Source: a virus | Taxonomy: Duplodnaviria; Caudoviricetes | Reading direction: 5' to 3' (one strand) | Virus record (IMG/VR): IMGVR_UViG_3300025449_000001 | Span: 2,516 to 66,515 of that record | DNA: 64,000 nucleotides | Part shown: positions 55,101 to 64,000 of the stretch, piece after piece | How positions within the stretch are numbered: the stretch's first letter is position 1 | How the letters are laid out: every line of letters starts with the position of its first letter | Notes under the pieces: generated by a model | The model's input: the letters and a program-made list of their open reading frames with translations, nothing else | What the model was told of the DNA's origin: nothing | Database searches by the model: none | Position numbers and translations under genes: made by a program

Positions 55101-56637
55101 ATAAAGCACCTTTTCCTACATCACCATTATTTAATACAGCGCCTGTCGCACCGCCCGCAGTTCCTGATGCTATTCCTGAACCAATCGTTCCCGCACCAAG
55201 TTGTCCTGCAACATTTCCTGCACCTGCACCTATACCACCCGTTATAGCACCCGTTGCTAAACCTTTTGGTGTTATTGGTTGTCCTGTTAACACATCAACT
55301 GCTGCGGTTGTGCCTGCACCCTTTAAAGCCCCTGTTCCTGCACTTGTAAGGGCATTTCCTAAATCAACTCCTGTTGAACCCATTGGTAAGGATGAGGCAT
55401 CGGTTAATCCACCCAAGCCCGTTCCTGAACTTACTGTTCCTGTGCCAACACCAACACCCGTTCCGCCTGAGCCTAAAGTAGAACTTCCAACATTAGTTCC
55501 TACTGTTAATGGATTAGGTGGTGTGTAAACAGTATCAAATGTAAATCCATTTGGGCCTAAAGTTGCTTTTGATACAGTTCCATTATAACTAACCGTATAA
55601 GTTGTACCATCAGGTGAAACATATGTACTTCCTACATTACCATAGTCATACGCTAATCTTGAACCATCAGGAACACCCGTTGGTAATGAATTAGTTTCGG
55701 GCAATGAATTAAAATAACTGTTAGATGTTGTTGGTATATTAGCAGTTGCTGTTGCATTAGAAGCTTCTGTGCCAAGATTGGACACTTCTGAAGCCGCTGG
55801 ATTTATTGGTGCTTCAGGAACGCCATTGATATATATAGTTGGTTGTATATCACCAATTGCAAGTTGCATTCCCTGTTCTGATAAGTTTCCATTAATTAAT
55901 GGCGCTAATTCATCTAAATTTGCACCACTACTAATTAATTGTGATATTGGGGCACCCGCATTATATAAATCAGAAACAGAAGCACCACCATCAATTAATT
56001 GTGATACTGAAATTCCATTTTGTAATAGTTCACCAACATTTCCACCTGCTTGTAATACTTCAGGTATAGATGCTCCTGCATTTACCAATGAACTTGTACT
56101 TGCACCCGCATTTAACAAATCAGAAGTTGAAGCACCTGCTTGTAAAGCTTGATCTAATGTTGCAACTCCATGTGTATAACTTTCAATAGCTGTTGCTGGC
56201 GTAGCTAAATTTTGTAATGTGCTTATTTGATTGGCCGAAATTGCATTGCCTAACTCAGCATCCTCAATATCTGCTGCGGTTAATTCACCTTGACCAGCAA
56301 GATTAAGTAAATCAGGGTCATAAATACCTGCCGCCATTAAAGCCGCAGCACCTATTGTCCCCCACCCCCCAGGTATGCTGTTATCAACAAAACTTCCTAA
56401 TTTTCCTACCGCATCGCTTGCTTGTCCAATAACGGGAATATTGCTTATATCAACATAATGAAACGGGTTTAAATCACCCAACCCAAAAAATTCAGGAAGT
56501 CCTGTTTTTGGATTAATTGTTCCACTACCACCTAATGCTTTTAATAAAGCAGCTTCTTGTGGATTAATATGAGCAAGCATCGTGTCACCATTACGACCCG
56601 ATTGTGCTAATTGCTCAAGTGGAGATAATTTTTTCAT
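52135..56637 (-). CDS. Large low-complexity internal virion protein (1500 aa)
   Basis: MLAHINPQEAALLKALGGSGTINP N-terminus; PTNV(V/A)T repeats; N/Q coiled coil; C-terminal GDGTSDSIPAMLANGEFVIPADVV. Confidence 0.7.
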   Translation of the reverse strand: MKKLSPLEQLAQSGRNGDTMLAHINPQEAALLKALGGSGTINPKTGLPEFFGLGDLNPFHYVDISNIPVIGQASDAVGKLGSFVDNSIPGGWGTIGAAALMAAGIYDPDLLNLAGQGELTAADIEDAELGNAISANQISTLQNLATPATAIESYTHGVATLDQALQAGASTSDLLNAGASTSSLVNAGASIPEVLQAGGNVGELLQNGISVSQLIDGGASVSDLYNAGAPISQLISSGANLDELAPLINGNLSEQGMQLAIGDIQPTIYINGVPEAPINPAASEVSNLGTEASNATATANIPTTSNSYFNSLPETNSLPTGVPDGSRLAYDYGNVGSTYVSPDGTTYTVSYNGTVSKATLGPNGFTFDTVYTPPNPLTVGTNVGSSTLGSGGTGVGVGTGTVSSGTGLGGLTDASSLPMGSTGVDLGNALTSAGTGALKGAGTTAAVDVLTGQPITPKGLATGAITGGIGAGAGNVAGQLGAGTIGSGIASGTAGGATGAVLNNGDVGKGALSGALSGLIGGTTTQALNTIDPNLDPSLASAGQSAVNTISNALKTGNTNNLTQNIIGGALASAGLTTGANALLNNPSVPDYTNDVPYSPNGASQPIDTGQSALDDALAKAIQQSQSLGQSAPTFTTPTFTTPTPTTTTPTTPIDTGQSALDDALAKAIQQSQTLGQSAPTFTTPTFTTPTTDTPTSTLDAVAQTNQTAMDVAQTTGNQELINAVNSGNTNVINALATGDVNTAQNIVSNTTLPSGALDTLTPQTTLDLSTPSPLLASVLTPITLPNASSNLGTLASANTTGTVSDAPTSTVGNLPSFNAPTTDNVSISNLPSGDTTSLGANGSASGVGTLNPDGTVTMPDGTINTYDSDGNLISSVPLDASSSSSNNTESNDNTAPLSSVTQTNATNQELIPQDPLQQPDNRPPINPNPPLPPLPSDNTTPTNVVTPTNVVTPTNVATPTNVATPTNVVTPTNVVTPTNVATPTNVVTPTTPAVDLTPINNQLASLNTQQQAQAQALIDQGATTQQAIDAVTNNVANLANTVSTNQASTNTALSNLSDSQKAIVNQLTQQGIDTNTAINMVQQGLNQTNQNVSNIGSQVNNLSNTVTQNQNTTNVILANSTAQEQSDFAKLNDAQKQQAIDIANQGTTLGNAIDAVQTNLQGQIGGLGTQVGNLNTGLTNLQGTVGGISQDVGNLNTGLNNANAGITSNTSAIQNLGTTVQQNQATNEANQQATNDALSSLSSAQKQAVAGQVAMGVSLTAAINNVQSNVSNQVNTLGTNVSNLTGNVNNLQSSLNNMSKTSPKATLIKGNQIASPLANAYNIPVDTYAQPMPNPNQLAEIQNAATGGIIHKAEGGDLSMAPKLMHGQTVQHPKLTNWHGAELFADGGMAFQDRTLPEGHNPQFFSEGGLNSIKHRYVTGDGDGTSDSIPAMLANGEFVIPADVVSSLGNGSNDSGAKVLDEFLKVVRSHKQKHDAKHLPPDSKGALGYLLEAKKKVRV

Positions 56638-56665
56638 TTTGTTTTAGGTTAATTATTCTATATCT

Positions 56666-56695
56666 ACTAATGCAAAAAATAAGGTGTTTTCGCCC
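56666..56695 (-). promoter_or_regulatory. Phage late promoter motif (copy 8)
   Basis: GGGCG-N16-TGCATTAGT exact. Confidence 0.75.
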
Positions 56696-56699
56696 TAGA

Positions 56700-56969
56700 T
56701 TAATGGCTTTTACCATTAATAATTAATGTTACTTCTTTAGCCCAATCTTGCCAATTTTCAAATGTTTCTGGGTTGGGAACTGGAAATGCAGAAAACGTAA
56801 ATGTACTAGCAATTACTGTGGCTGTATCTTTCCAATTTTCTTCTGGGTGGTAGGGTATGTTTAACTGACCATAATAAATAATAAAATTACCATTCCAGTC
56901 TTCCCAGCTTGATAGTTCTGGGTTAAATGGAAAGAACTGTTGGTTAATTTTATTGACATAAGTTGTCAA
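56700..56969 (-). CDS. Small conserved tail-module protein
   Basis: PNPETFENWQDWA motif. Confidence 0.6.
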   Translation of the reverse strand: MTTYVNKINQQFFPFNPELSSWEDWNGNFIIYYGQLNIPYHPEENWKDTATVIASTFTFSAFPVPNPETFENWQDWAKEVTLIINGKSH

Positions 56970-59122
56970 GGTCTTTCATCTCCATACTCAGCAGTTATTA
57001 ATAAACGCCCCATTTCAAAGTTGCCATTTAATACATTAGATTCAAACTTTAAACGTACCAAGCGATGTTCTATACGCAAGTCAATCTTATCTGTATGGGG
57101 TTCAAAATAATATGGTCCAGAATCTTCTTCAGTTGTGCTATTAGCAAACTTACGACCTAAAACAGTCATTGACATGGTGCCAGTTTGTAAGAAGTTTGGT
57201 TCAACACGACGAAGGTGCATACGACGGTTAATACCAATTAATCCATCTTGGCTAGGATTACCAGTTAACCAACTAATGTCACTGGTTGTGATACTAGAAT
57301 ACACAGCTTGTTCAGTATTAAGGTTAACTTGGTTTTGACCAAACTCATGTTGCCAAATAGTGTATCCACTGGTTTGTTGATAAACCAAGGTTCCTATAGC
57401 AACAGTATTAGAAGTCGCCCCAGTGAAAGATATAAGTGTCACGCCAGGGGCACCAATAGTGGCATTAATAGTATATACAGAAGATGTTACTTGAAAAGTT
57501 TGGCCAGACTGTGCTGATAAAGAAAATGTTAATATACTACCAGGACTAAATACCGACGTAACATCACCAGAGATATACATTTGGTTGTTAGATGCTGCGG
57601 GCAAACTTGCTGGGTGGTTTATTACAGTATAGGGTCTACTAAACGACGGGGTATAGTTCCAATCAGCCCATATTGGCGTTGGAAACAACTCTGTAGTGTA
57701 ACCACAAGAACGTTGTGCCCCCACAGCTTGTCCCACGTCATACCAAATTTTATCTTTAACGTTATAGATAATTGCATCGGTACATTCTGTTGCTGTACCT
57801 CTTGGATAAAAGAACCAAATCTCATTATATCTTGGCACTTTCGTAGCCCAGACTTTTTGACGTTGTGTATAGTTTAGATTATCAAATAGGTAATTTATAT
57901 TCTTATCATTTGGAACTACTACAACACTGCCGTTGTAAGCATAGAACCTGTCAACACCCATCCAATAATATACACCGTCCATCTCGACCACAGAATTTGA
58001 TGACATGATGGAGATTTGGCTTGAAACAATATCGTAGTTCCAAAACTGACTCACTGTCGCTGTACTAGAGGCGGATGAGTTAAATGAAACACGAATAAGA
58101 GAATCTGTTGCCCAGAATAAGCCAGCTGGTGAGTTAGTACCACCACGCATTGGCATACCCTTAACAATCTTAGAGGCAGATACGTTAACTTGGTTTGCTA
58201 ATGGGCCATTCCAGTCATAAAAGTTTTGCTGTGTATAAGTGCTACTAACATTGTTATTAGCTATATAACCATGTGAGCCGTATACAAAAATAAATGGATA
58301 CAACACACAAACACCGCCATCAACACTAACAGGCTGGTATGTTGGGTTTGAACCTGCACTATCTGACAATCCACTAAATGTCCAAGTGTTACCCGCCGTT
58401 GGGGTAATGTTACCAACTAAAACTTGTGATGTAACACCATTATCGATATCAATAAGGTTATAACCAGGGTGTGCAAACATCTGCAGTTGCCCACCAGCTG
58501 GGCTAAACTGTGCATCAAACTGCCACATAACTCGATATGGGCCTAATGCTGGATCAGCAGTAAATACTGAAGAGTTGTTTAACCATACTGTTGTTGGGCT
58601 ACCAGTAATTGTTCCGGTAACGTTAACCGTTGTATTTGGTGATGTATAGGTTGCTGTTGTGGTAACAAAGTTAACTGGAGATGTTTGACTAAATATAACA
58701 TTAGTTCCAGTTGGGAATAATGCAGTTACATTACCAGCGATTGTAAAACTAGAACTTGTTTTTGATACTAAAGTAAATGGCACCGTGCCAGGTAAAATAC
58801 TAACAACAAACGGACCACTACCAACACCGTAGTTAATACCGCAGTTAAATACGTCTAGTTCTTTATAGTTTCCAGCAAAAATATAGTTAACGCCATTATA
58901 CGGCTGAGAAATCATCCCCCTATATATGCCGGTATTACTAGTAAACAATGTACGGTAGCCACCCATCTTTTTAGGGTCGCCACGTTGAAACCTACACCAC
59001 ACGCCATCGGTGTATTGGTCGTTTTGAAACTGTGTGCCATCACGCTTAATCCCAGCCGGTATTGCTAGGCTGTAGATTGAAGTATACTGTGCGTTGTCTT
59101 GTTGCTGATTATCAGCCGCCAT
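56966..59122 (-). CDS. Tail nozzle / DNA stabilization protein (P22 gp10 / T7 gp12-like)
   Basis: 718 aa beta-rich; DGVWCRFQRG.P.KMGG N-terminus, NEIWFFYP, RLVRLKFES. Confidence 0.7.
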   Translation of the reverse strand: MAADNQQQDNAQYTSIYSLAIPAGIKRDGTQFQNDQYTDGVWCRFQRGDPKKMGGYRTLFTSNTGIYRGMISQPYNGVNYIFAGNYKELDVFNCGINYGVGSGPFVVSILPGTVPFTLVSKTSSSFTIAGNVTALFPTGTNVIFSQTSPVNFVTTTATYTSPNTTVNVTGTITGSPTTVWLNNSSVFTADPALGPYRVMWQFDAQFSPAGGQLQMFAHPGYNLIDIDNGVTSQVLVGNITPTAGNTWTFSGLSDSAGSNPTYQPVSVDGGVCVLYPFIFVYGSHGYIANNNVSSTYTQQNFYDWNGPLANQVNVSASKIVKGMPMRGGTNSPAGLFWATDSLIRVSFNSSASSTATVSQFWNYDIVSSQISIMSSNSVVEMDGVYYWMGVDRFYAYNGSVVVVPNDKNINYLFDNLNYTQRQKVWATKVPRYNEIWFFYPRGTATECTDAIIYNVKDKIWYDVGQAVGAQRSCGYTTELFPTPIWADWNYTPSFSRPYTVINHPASLPAASNNQMYISGDVTSVFSPGSILTFSLSAQSGQTFQVTSSVYTINATIGAPGVTLISFTGATSNTVAIGTLVYQQTSGYTIWQHEFGQNQVNLNTEQAVYSSITTSDISWLTGNPSQDGLIGINRRMHLRRVEPNFLQTGTMSMTVLGRKFANSTTEEDSGPYYFEPHTDKIDLRIEHRLVRLKFESNVLNGNFEMGRLLITAEYGDERP

Positions 59123-60397
59123 TTAGAACGTTCCACCACTAATTGATGTTGCATTAAGTTGTGCCTTAACAGTTACTAATGGTGTTGATAAATTAGTAGC
59201 ATTTATATCAACAATTTCAGTACCGTTTGCAGCTAATCCTAATATACTGGATCCTACTAGGTACATACCAGTATTGCCGTCATTTAAAAAGGAATATGAC
59301 GGTGACGTTGCTGTACCATTAATTGCTTTAAAATAAGAGGATGAAGATGAATTTAAAACGTATAAAAATGCTCCGTCACTTAATAAAGTATATGTTTGTC
59401 CTATACCTAAAGATAGTGGTGTTTGGCTACTACCCTGATTTTGGAAAGTAATAGAGTCATTAATGTTAGTACAGTTATTTACCATTACATACAACTGTGT
59501 AATAGCTGGTAATGTTACCGCCAACGTGGCGTTGCGGGTACCTGATTGTGAAACATATGTTTGAATGATTGGTGCATTTGAAACAAGGTTTAATGTACCA
59601 CCGGAGATAGCGTCTACGTCATAAGTTGCTGATGTAAATACCACGTTGTTAGGTGTAACCCAACCAACCGTAATAAATTGACTAGAACTATTATCATAAA
59701 ATATAAAACCAGAATCGCCTGGATTTGTTGTAATAGATGTTTGGTTATTAATTGTTTGTGGTGATACAGGCGTAAAAATCAAAGAACCGGAACCACTATT
59801 TCTAAACGCAATAAACCAGCCTGTTGAAAGTGAAGTAATACTTGGCAAGGATATATTGCCTAAGCCACCAGTCCAGTTATATGTTGCCGCACGACTTAAG
59901 TTAGTAATTGTTGGTGCTACAGAAACATCAATAATGTTTTGTGTAGTTGCTAGTTGACCATTAACTGTTGTCAAGCCAGCACCAGCCAATGTTGCTGCAT
60001 CAGCAGAGGATGTTCCTGTGCCAAATGTTACGTTACCCCACGTACCTGCAGCTGTTGAATTGTCTTGTAAATAAAAGTATTTAGATACACCAGCGGCAAC
60101 AGTTACAGAGTTACCACCAGAAAAATCTTTGATAACAAACGAGTTAGAACCAAGGTTGCGAAATAAAATATCAGCACCTACAGTGCCCTGGTCTGCCTCT
60201 GGAAGACTAATAGCAAGCCCCGTTGTTGTCGCTGTACAGTCAATGATACGTGTTGCTGGAACCTGACCGGTTCCTTGGTTAACAATTGCTGGCCAAAATA
60301 AAGGTGTATTAGATCCAAACGTGAGTGCTGAATATGACACATCCGTTGGTGTAACAATTGTGCCTGTAAAAGGGGAGGTAAATACTGGAGTAGTCAT
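59123..60397 (-). CDS. Tail structural protein (proximal fibre / adaptor)
   Basis: S/T-rich; PSYSFLND..TGMY motif. Confidence 0.55.
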   Translation of the reverse strand: MTTPVFTSPFTGTIVTPTDVSYSALTFGSNTPLFWPAIVNQGTGQVPATRIIDCTATTTGLAISLPEADQGTVGADILFRNLGSNSFVIKDFSGGNSVTVAAGVSKYFYLQDNSTAAGTWGNVTFGTGTSSADAATLAGAGLTTVNGQLATTQNIIDVSVAPTITNLSRAATYNWTGGLGNISLPSITSLSTGWFIAFRNSGSGSLIFTPVSPQTINNQTSITTNPGDSGFIFYDNSSSQFITVGWVTPNNVVFTSATYDVDAISGGTLNLVSNAPIIQTYVSQSGTRNATLAVTLPAITQLYVMVNNCTNINDSITFQNQGSSQTPLSLGIGQTYTLLSDGAFLYVLNSSSSSYFKAINGTATSPSYSFLNDGNTGMYLVGSSILGLAANGTEIVDINATNLSTPLVTVKAQLNATSISGGTF

Positions 60398-60400
60398 ATA

Positions 60401-61015
60401 TTAAGGTTCCTGAATCGTAGTATTGCGATCTATACGACGTGAATCGTCTTCTTTCTTTAGTGAGGTTATTGCATCTGTGTAATATTGTTTCCATACAGGA
60501 AGTTTATCTAATGCTTTTAAATAACCTTGTGCTTGTAATAAAGCACCATATAACATAGCCTGTGGTGCAATCTGTGTCCATAAATTCTGCTGATTAGTGG
60601 CATCTAATGGTTGTATTTCAGCGTAGTAAATAATTTCCACTGGATAGGATTTGTTTGGTGCTGGGGCAAAATTCCAATTACTATAATCATAGTCAGCATA
60701 ATACAAAGGCTGACCACCAGAAGATTCAGAAAGATACATTGACACATAGTCTTGACTGCGAAGTTTAACTGGCTGACCATTTACCTTCATTGAAACTGTT
60801 TTACGCCAACGTGATGGTTTATTTAACACAGTTTGGTTAGTAGCCAAATTAGTTTCCACAACAATCAACTGCATGTAAGTCTTTAACTCAGCCGCAATAG
60901 AAGACTCAGTAAGTGCTATAAGGTTTGGGATTTGAGCAATAAAGCCATCGTCATCACGCTCCATATAGTCAATAATATTCGCTACAAGCGAATTGTAGTT
61001 CATTATTACGCTCAT
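60401..61015 (-). CDS. Head-tail adaptor protein
   Basis: LIALTESSI..YYADY..FAPAP..LYGALLQA. Confidence 0.65.
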   Translation of the reverse strand: MSVIMNYNSLVANIIDYMERDDDGFIAQIPNLIALTESSIAAELKTYMQLIVVETNLATNQTVLNKPSRWRKTVSMKVNGQPVKLRSQDYVSMYLSESSGGQPLYYADYDYSNWNFAPAPNKSYPVEIIYYAEIQPLDATNQQNLWTQIAPQAMLYGALLQAQGYLKALDKLPVWKQYYTDAITSLKKEDDSRRIDRNTTIQEP

Positions 61016-61554
61016 TTTAAAACCTCATATCCATATTTAGCAGCATTATATTTAACTCGTTTTTGTATTTTTTTATAAGGCTCATTTAAGTAACTTGCTA
61101 AATCTTTTATACAGTCAAAAGTTTTATTATTGTATTTAACTTTTATTGCTAGTGGGTGTTTGTTTTTTGCAATTTTTGCACCATTACCATAATTTGGATT
61201 TTTATCTCCATGTCGACCATACATAGGATTTTTATTGCCTTTAAAACGGTCAGACATTTTTTGTTTATGTTCTTCTGTGTGTTTATATCCGTTACACCCA
61301 TCGCCACCGTTTGTTAAATTTACTAATTGATAACCCATACTTTTAAAACAATCAATTAAAACAATTTCATGTTGTTTTGCTTCTTCCGCAGTGCCCCATT
61401 CAGCTAATATTTGCACCTTTGGTTTTCCATATTTAGCAACAACATTTTTCCAGTAATTACTTCTTTTGTAAAAATCATACGGGCGCCTAGCATTACCTAT
61501 ACCAATATAAAATATGGTATTGTCTGGTTTGTAGTGAGCGTAAGTGCAAATCAT
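61012..61554 (-). CDS. GIY-YIG-like homing endonuclease with NUMOD3 motif
   Basis: YAHY..IFYIGIG..R..E..LI..LVNLTNGGDG; GYKHTEEHKQKMS. Confidence 0.8.
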   Translation of the reverse strand: MICTYAHYKPDNTIFYIGIGNARRPYDFYKRSNYWKNVVAKYGKPKVQILAEWGTAEEAKQHEIVLIDCFKSMGYQLVNLTNGGDGCNGYKHTEEHKQKMSDRFKGNKNPMYGRHGDKNPNYGNGAKIAKNKHPLAIKVKYNNKTFDCIKDLASYLNEPYKKIQKRVKYNAAKYGYEVLK

Positions 61555-61555
61555 A

Positions 61556-62629
61556 TCAGCGGGAATAATAACTTATATTAGGTTGCAAGTATATGGGGCT
61601 ACGATCTCTGTCCTCTTCACTAGCCTGTAAGAACGCTTTCTCTGCCTGTGCTTCTAAATATGTGATTCGTGTCATATCCACACCTGGCAGTTGTAATGAC
61701 ATGGAGTGTGATAATTGTTTTTGTATACAATTAATCCATCTGTCTGGTACATATATTTGATTAGTTAATGATCCAACGTCCATCATTTGTTTTTCGACAA
61801 TCAACTGAAACATTTGATATGGGTTGTTAGGCACGGGCCATAGATACATAGATGGCTCAATTGTACGGTCAAACCAATACTGCAATGAACGAACAGATGG
61901 GAATTGTTTGTTTGGTAGGTTCCAATAATCATCACGATTAAGTCGTGCTAGTGGAATAACTTGTTGACTTGTTGAGAATACAATTTGACGTACAGAGAAT
62001 GTTGTTGCAACAGTCTCACGCAGACGATAGAACAAATGTGGCTCTGTAATTGAAATATTGTAATACTGCCACTGTTTATCCGTCATGGTGATGGATGGAA
62101 ATGTCTGTTTTGTAATCCAGTTAATTCCATCATCACTATACTCATACACAAGGTTATAAGTTTGTGTTGTGTTGTTTGGTGCGTAGCAGTTCCAACCAAC
62201 GTAGTAAACGCTCTGTGCTTGCTGATAACCAAGCCCTAACCAGTTTTCTGAAACTGTTGAGGTTGCAAGGGATGTTAATGTGGAGTTTTGATTGAATGCG
62301 TTTGGTGATGTTGAGTTATCTGTTGGTAAATAGGTAGATGCTTGGATGTTTTGAACATAAACCCAGTTAGCCTCACGAACATCGATAATAGTCTTTGGTA
62401 GTATTAATTGTTGTTGCTGTGTAAGAGCACCATAAAGTTGGTTCTCTAGTAACCATAAATTAACACCAAGGTTGGATAAATTTTGCAAATTATAAAACAA
62501 CGCCTGTTTAGCCGCTTCAATATATTCAGGCGTCATTTCTTCTGCTGTTTTACCAGCATCACGATAAGCAAATGAAATTAACTGGTCAACATTAATTGTT
62601 GTTTGACCAGTTGTATTACTATAAGCCAT
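61556..62629 (-). CDS. Tail tubular / adaptor protein with insertion domain
   Basis: NLSNLGVNLW..RLNRDDYWNLPNK..YWFDR..YLWPVP. Confidence 0.65.
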   Translation of the reverse strand: MAYSNTTGQTTINVDQLISFAYRDAGKTAEEMTPEYIEAAKQALFYNLQNLSNLGVNLWLLENQLYGALTQQQQLILPKTIIDVREANWVYVQNIQASTYLPTDNSTSPNAFNQNSTLTSLATSTVSENWLGLGYQQAQSVYYVGWNCYAPNNTTQTYNLVYEYSDDGINWITKQTFPSITMTDKQWQYYNISITEPHLFYRLRETVATTFSVRQIVFSTSQQVIPLARLNRDDYWNLPNKQFPSVRSLQYWFDRTIEPSMYLWPVPNNPYQMFQLIVEKQMMDVGSLTNQIYVPDRWINCIQKQLSHSMSLQLPGVDMTRITYLEAQAEKAFLQASEEDRDRSPIYLQPNISYYSR

Positions 62630-62630
62630 A

Positions 62631-62798
62631 TTATCTTCCTCGGCCAGAAGCTCGTTTAGTTACTTTTTGAGGTAATTTATTAGATGCAGGTCCAGCTTTT
62701 ACAAATTCTTTACCAACCTTTTTAGGTATGCCTAATGTGCTTTTACCAGAAGCCGCGGCATACATCGCGGCTTGCTGGTCTTTTGATTTGTATGGCAT
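62631..62798 (-). CDS. Small basic protein (55 aa)
   Basis: Manual translation [35 protein letters not shown]... Confidence 0.7.
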   Translation of the reverse strand: MPYKSKDQQAAMYAAASGKSTLGIPKKVGKEFVKAGPASNKLPQKVTKRASGRGR

Positions 62799-63769
62799 TA
62801 CTTCTTACCTGCACGACCACCACGTTTTTGTGCTGGCATTGCACCCATCGGTGCAGTTGGTTGTGGTGTTGGCGCTGCTGGTTGAGTTGGAGCTGGTTGT
62901 GGTGCGCTATCTTGCCCCATTCCAGCTAATCCCATAGCCATATTTTCACCAGGACTCATTTGTTTACCAGCCATTTGTTGCATTCTTTTAGCTTTTAAAT
63001 ACTCAGCATTTTCTTTTGCTGCTTTAGCATTTTGTGCTGATGAACCCATAACGTAATCCGATAGTTTGCCAACCAAACTACCGGCTTGCATCTTTTTTAT
63101 TTTACCACCAGTCTTATATCCATCAATATCGTCAATGGCATCTTTGTCGCTTAGGCGACTTGGTTTAATGGTAGCTTTATTGGGTGCGTCCGCCTTCTTG
63201 TCACCGGTTGGTTTGACCTTAATCATATTAACCTTATCACCAGATGGCTTAGACTTTTCTTTTTCTACGTCGCTACCACCAAACGCTGGTTTAGCAGAAC
63301 CTTTAGATGGTGCATCAGCCTTCTTGTCGCCCGTTGGTTTAACCTTAATTGTTGCAACCTTGTCACCAGCTGGCTTAAACTTTTCTTTTTCTACGTCGCT
63401 AACGCCGGTTCTGCCACCAGACTTTAACATCTTTGGTTTTTCTATTTTAACTTCAGCAATTTCTTTTTTGTCTGTAGCGTCTTTTTTGGCACCATAGACA
63501 GCGCTGCCATCCTTAAACTTTCTTACCGTGCCCTTTTCTTTTTTAGAACGCCCGCCAGACTTTAGTTTAATCTCTGTAGGCTCTTTATCATGTTCGGCTT
63601 CGTCATGCTGTTTAAACGCCTTTTTGATCATGGCTTTGTCTTGTGCTTCATCTTCTTTTTCTACAGAGCCACCTTTTCTATAAGCACTTCCACCGCCACA
63701 CATTTCTTTTTTAGCATGACCGCCTTCTTTGAAGTGCGCCATTTTAGGTAGTGTTTTAAATCCGTCCAT
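62798..63769 (-). CDS. Lys-rich protein with repeated xKxGG motifs (putative internal head protein)
   Basis: FKEGG, YRKGG, LKSGG x2, YKTGG, QKRGG; duplicated SDVEKEK.KP.GDK unit. Confidence 0.6.
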   Translation of the reverse strand: MDGFKTLPKMAHFKEGGHAKKEMCGGGSAYRKGGSVEKEDEAQDKAMIKKAFKQHDEAEHDKEPTEIKLKSGGRSKKEKGTVRKFKDGSAVYGAKKDATDKKEIAEVKIEKPKMLKSGGRTGVSDVEKEKFKPAGDKVATIKVKPTGDKKADAPSKGSAKPAFGGSDVEKEKSKPSGDKVNMIKVKPTGDKKADAPNKATIKPSRLSDKDAIDDIDGYKTGGKIKKMQAGSLVGKLSDYVMGSSAQNAKAAKENAEYLKAKRMQQMAGKQMSPGENMAMGLAGMGQDSAPQPAPTQPAAPTPQPTAPMGAMPAQKRGGRAGKK

Positions 63770-63820
63770 TTTATATCCTCGAGGTTAATATTGTGAATAG
63801 GATGATCAGTCCTTATATCT

Positions 63821-63850
63821 ACTAATGCAAAAAACTAGGTATTTTCGCCC
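63821..63850 (-). promoter_or_regulatory. Phage late promoter motif (copy 9)
   Basis: GGGCG-N16-TGCATTAGT exact. Confidence 0.75.
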
Positions 63851-64000
63851 TTAAATGGCGTTAAAAATAACCTTTTTTCAGCCTCCCTACGTGGCATTAA
63901 AACAATGGGTCTATTCCACATAAGAATGGCTTCAGCCGCGCCTGCGTAGTCTTTTTGGTTTAATCTTTTAACCACGGAAGAGCTTTTGAAAGCGTTTGCC
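63835..64000 (-). CDS. Phage lysozyme (GH24), C-terminal fragment; runs off the right edge
   Basis: Manual translation ...AFKSSSVVKRLNQKDYAGAAEAILMWNRPIVLMPRREAEKRLFL. Confidence 0.8.
   Translation of the reverse strand, partial: ANAFKSSSVVKRLNQKDYAGAAEAILMWNRPIVLMPRREAEKRLFLTPFKGENT

Overview
The window covers most of a tailed dsDNA bacteriophage genome with podovirus/P22-like morphogenesis genes. The host is probably a Proteobacterium; this is inferred from NtrC-like sites. Late structural genes lie on the minus strand in two blocks. Block 1 (1-22.7 kb) carries tail fibres with Gly-X-Ser repeats, a glycosyltransferase cassette, major capsid protein, scaffold, GroES, portal and TerL. Block 2 (48-64 kb) carries ejection proteins, tail nozzle/adaptors and a lysozyme. 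Early and replication genes lie on the plus strand (23.4-48.1 kb): GP88-like protein, many small ORFs, Dcm, sigma factor, primase-helicase, VRR-NUC, SNF2, DUF2800, DUF2815 SSB, class II RNR and PolA. No tRNA, CRISPR array, integrase or reverse transcriptase was seen. The most notable observations are: (1) an apparently split phage sigma factor, with sigma1.2-3 in one gene and a sigma4-like protein 8 kb away, together with nine exact copies of the promoter-like motif GGGCG-N16-TGCATTAGT upstream of late genes; (2) a free-standing intein with degenerate splicing and nuclease residues that occupies the TerS position while a TerS-like gene sits 19 kb away; (3) a non-coding control region with NtrC-box-like and other palindromic operators; (4) a covarying three-way-junction RNA leader shared by two unrelated HNH genes; (5) a duplicated origin-like element; (6) an overprinted EcoHK31I-beta-like ORF inside dcm. 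All motifs were found and counted by eye. Product names come from recognised sequence motifs, not from database searches.
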